From: a virus
Virus genome (UHGV): UHGV-0183838
Direction: 5' to 3' (one strand)
Length of the DNA stretch: 29,982 bases
Position 1 is the first letter of the stretch, and every line of letters starts with the position of its first letter. A program made the translations under genes and the position numbers. Below the pieces are notes generated by a model. That model saw only the letters and a program-made list of their open reading frames with translations, did not search any database and was not told where the DNA came from. Of this stretch, positions 27,323-29,982 are shown in pieces.

Positions 27323-27670
27323 ATGGTGACGAAAACCATCACTGAACAGCGTGCGGAAGTACGTATTTTTGCCGGTAATGATCCGGCTCATACCGCCACA
27401 GGCAGCAGCGGGATTTCTTCTGCAACACCGGCTCTGACGCCCCTGATGCTGGATGAAGCCACCGGGAAACTGGTGGTCTGGGACGGACAGAAAGCCGGTA
27501 GTGCGGTTGGCATACTGGTACTGCCGCTTGAAGGCACAGAGACGGCGCTGACGTATTACAAGTCGGGAACCTTTGCGACGGAGGCAATCCACTGGCCTGA
27601 AAGTGTGGATGAACACAAAAAGGCCAACGCCTTTGCTGGCAGTGCCCTGAGTCACGCGGCGCTGCCGTAA
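27323..27670 (+). CDS. D: Head decoration protein (lambda gpD-like)
   Basis: 115 aa; DPAHTAT...TPLMLDEATGKLVVWDG...YYKSGTF parallels lambda D; AGGAGG RBS. Confidence 0.9.
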   Translation: MVTKTITEQRAEVRIFAGNDPAHTATGSSGISSATPALTPLMLDEATGKLVVWDGQKAGSAVGILVLPLEGTETALTYYKSGTFATEAIHWPESVDEHKKANAFAGSALSHAALP

Positions 27671-27727
27671 CACGTTATCAGGCCACCGCGGTGGCCTGAC
27701 TGATTTCTGAATGAAAGGAACTGATTT

Positions 27728-28756
27728 ATGGGATTGTTTACGACCCGCCAGTTACTCGGTTATACCGAACAAAAAGTTAAATTTCGTGCGCTGTTTCTGG
27801 AACTGTTTTTCCGCCGTACGGTGAATTTCCATACCGAAGAGGTGATGCTGGACAAAATTACCGGAAAAACGCCGGTGGCGGCCTATGTCTCCCCGGTTGT
27901 TGAAGGAAAAGTGCTGCGTCATCGTGGTGGTGAAACCCGCGTGTTGCGTCCGGGCTACGTCAAGCCGAAACACGAATTTAATTACCAGCAGGCGGTTGAG
28001 CGCCTTCCTGGTGAAGATCCATCTCAACTGAATGATCCGGCTTACCGCCGTCTGCGTATCATTACCGATAACCTCAAACAGGAAGAGCACGCGATTGTCC
28101 AGGTGGAAGAAATGCAGGCGGTAAATGCTGTGTTGTATGGCAAATACACCATGGAAGGAGACCAGTTCGAGAAAATTGAGGTCGATTTTGGCAGGTCGAC
28201 GAAGAATAACATCACTCAGGGTAGTGGTAAGGAGTGGTCAAAACAGGATCGTGACACGTTCGATCCTACACATGATATTGACCTCTACTGCGACCAGGCC
28301 AGCGGTCTTGTGAATATTGCCATTATGGACGGTACCGTCTGGCGTCTTCTGAATGGTTTTAAGCTGTTCCGCGAAAAACTGGATACCCGTCGCGGTTCAA
28401 ATTCTCAACTCGAAACGGCAGTGAAAGATCTGGGCGCAGTGGTGTCCTTCAAGGGGTATTACGGCGATCTGGCCATTGTGGTGGCGAAAACGTCTTATAT
28501 AGCAGAAGACGGTATCGAAAAACGTTATCTTCCAGATGGCATGCTGGTTCTGGGGAATACTGCTGCAGATGGGATCCGTTGTTACGGTGCCATTCAGGAT
28601 GCTCAGGCGTTGTCCGAAGGTGTGGTGGCCTCTTCCCGTTATCCGAAACACTGGCTGACGGTAGGGGATCCCGCCCGTGAATTTACCATGACGCAGTCCG
28701 CGCCGCTGATGGTGTTGCCGGACCCGGATGAGTTTGTGGTGGTACAGGTGAAATAA
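27728..28756 (+). CDS. E: Major capsid protein (lambda gpE-like)
   Basis: 342 aa; strong resemblance to lambda E along its length (RPGYVKPKHE, QVEEMQAV, DTRRGSNS, LETAVKDLG, GDPAREFTM). Confidence 0.95.
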   Translation: MGLFTTRQLLGYTEQKVKFRALFLELFFRRTVNFHTEEVMLDKITGKTPVAAYVSPVVEGKVLRHRGGETRVLRPGYVKPKHEFNYQQAVERLPGEDPSQLNDPAYRRLRIITDNLKQEEHAIVQVEEMQAVNAVLYGKYTMEGDQFEKIEVDFGRSTKNNITQGSGKEWSKQDRDTFDPTHDIDLYCDQASGLVNIAIMDGTVWRLLNGFKLFREKLDTRRGSNSQLETAVKDLGAVVSFKGYYGDLAIVVAKTSYIAEDGIEKRYLPDGMLVLGNTAADGIRCYGAIQDAQALSEGVVASSRYPKHWLTVGDPAREFTMTQSAPLMVLPDPDEFVVVQVK

Positions 28757-28807
28757 TCCGTGAGCGGGGGCGAAATGCCCCCGTGTCTTTTTTCACAGGG
28801 GGCTGAT

Positions 28808-29182
28808 ATGGCAACGAAAGAGCAAAATCTGAAACGGCTTGATGAACTGGCCCTGATTCTGGGGCGTGAGCCGGATATATCCGGGAGTGCCGCAGAGATA
28901 GCGCAGCGGGTGGCAGAATGGGAAGAGGAAATGCAGTCATCCGGCGATGATGTACAGGTTATGAATATGGATATCCGGGAGCGGGAAACCGCGGCTCATG
29001 ATGTTCGTGAGGAAACATCCGGCGCGTTAACGCGCATCAGAGTTCTGACCTGCCTCCATCTCTGTGGCGTTGATGGTGAAACGGGGGAATCCGTTGAGCT
29101 TGCGGATGTTGGTCGGGTGATTCTGATTATGTCCTCAGATGCAAAAACACACGTTGATGGTGGAATGGCTGTTTATGCGTGA
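28808..29182 (+). CDS. DNA packaging protein (lambda FI-like)
   Basis: 124 aa from ATG 28808 (AGGGGG RBS); position between E and FII and an N-terminus (MATKEQNLKRLDELA) loosely like lambda FI. Confidence 0.6.
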   Translation: MATKEQNLKRLDELALILGREPDISGSAAEIAQRVAEWEEEMQSSGDDVQVMNMDIRERETAAHDVREETSGALTRIRVLTCLHLCGVDGETGESVELADVGRVILIMSSDAKTHVDGGMAVYA

Positions 29183-29528
29183 TTTTCAGAATGCCTTTGA
29201 TGCCGCCCTTGCCGGGGTGGACAGTACGATTGTTGAAGTGATGGGCATCAGTGCGCAGTTCACCTCCGGTGCACAGCGTGGCGGCGAGGTTCATGGCGTT
29301 TTTGACGATCCGGAGTCGCTGGGTTTTGCCAGTAGTGGGATCCGTATTGAAGGAAGTAACCCGTCATTATTTGTGCTTACGGATACGGTTTGTGCTGTAC
29401 GGCGTGGTGACACGCTGACCATTAACGGCGAGATGTTCTGGGTGGACCGTGTTTCTCCGGATGACGGAGGGAGTTGTTATCTCTGGCTCAACCGGGGGCA
29501 ACCACCTGCCGCCAGCCGTCGTCGCTGA
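29175..29528 (+). CDS. Head-tail connector protein (lambda FII-like)
   Basis: 117 aa from ATG 29175; FDAALAG...GVFDDPE...GSNPSLFV...RRGDTLTI...FWVDRVSPDDGGSCYLWL parallels lambda FII. Confidence 0.85.
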   Translation: MRDFQNAFDAALAGVDSTIVEVMGISAQFTSGAQRGGEVHGVFDDPESLGFASSGIRIEGSNPSLFVLTDTVCAVRRGDTLTINGEMFWVDRVSPDDGGSCYLWLNRGQPPAASRRR

Positions 29529-29540
29529 AAGGGGGATGTA

Positions 29541-29982
29541 TGGCCATACAGGGTCTTGAGCAGGCCGTTGAAAACCTCAGCCGTATCAGCAGAACGGCGG
29601 TGCCCGGTGCCGCTGCAATGGCCATTAACCGCGTTGCTTCATCCGCGATATCGCAGTCTGCGTCACAGGTTGCCCGTGAGACAAGGGTACGCCGGAAACT
29701 GGTAAAGGAAAGGGCCAGGCTGAAAAGGGCCACAGTTAAAAATCCGCAGGCCAGAATCAAGGTTAACCGGGGGGATTTGCCCGTAATCAAGCTGGGTAAC
29801 GCGCGGGTTGTCCTGTCCCGACGCAGGCGTCGTAAAAAGGGGCAGCGTTCATCCCTGAAAGGTGGCGACAGCGTGCTTGTGGTGGGAAACCGTCGTATTC
29901 CCAGCGCGTTTATTCAGCAACTGAAAAATGGCCGGTGGCATGTCATGCAGCGTGTGGCCGGGAAAAACCGTTACCCCATTGA
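29541..29982 (+). CDS. Z: Tail completion protein (lambda gpZ-like), 3'-partial at the window edge
   Basis: Translation MAIQGLEQAVENLSRISRTAVPGAAAMAINRVASSAISQSASQVARE... is very close to lambda Z; the ORF continues past the window end. Confidence 0.85.

Noticed and set aside
24028-27673. Antisense and off-frame ORFs (up to 198 aa) within W, B, C and D
   Set aside because: Same reasoning: the sense-strand head genes are strongly supported; the alternatives lack RBS and have biased composition.

Overview
The window is the left ~30 kb of an integrated lambdoid prophage in an enterobacterial (E. coli-like) chromosome, read from the host junction to the start of the tail genes. All calls rest on reading the six-frame translations and the DNA by eye; no database search or HMM was run, so family names are from memory of motifs and gene order. 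Order (left to right): a truncated MobA/MocA-like host gene fragment (153-380); an att-proximal region with TGTACA repeats; a tyrosine integrase (601-1824); an AT-rich cargo island carrying one large AIPR-like abortive-infection candidate (2075-3775); excisionase and leftward early genes (two DUF551-like, YfdR-like HD phosphohydrolase, YfdQ-like, YfdP-like); a GC-rich structured non-coding stretch where an N gene would be expected; the immunity region (CI-like S24 repressor, divergent operators, Cro-like); a CII/YdaT-like gene; a replication initiator with internal iterons; a nin-like block (Dam-type methyltransferase, a LexA DNA-binding-domain-only protein, RusA, a consensus SOS box in front of a KilA-N antirepressor-like gene, DUF968); Q antiterminator with a downstream late promoter and terminator; cold-shock-protein morons; a phage-21-type lysis cassette (pinholin, SAR endolysin, Rz with embedded Rz1); further morons (cspI, GnsB-like, YlcI-like); a lambda-type cos site; and lambda-like head genes Nu1-A-W-B-C(Nu3)-D-E-FI-FII-Z (Z runs off the window). 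The most interesting candidates are the int-proximal AIPR-like island, the SOS-box/LexA-DBD/KilA-N module, and the structured N-less leader left of cI. No tRNA, rRNA or CRISPR array was seen.
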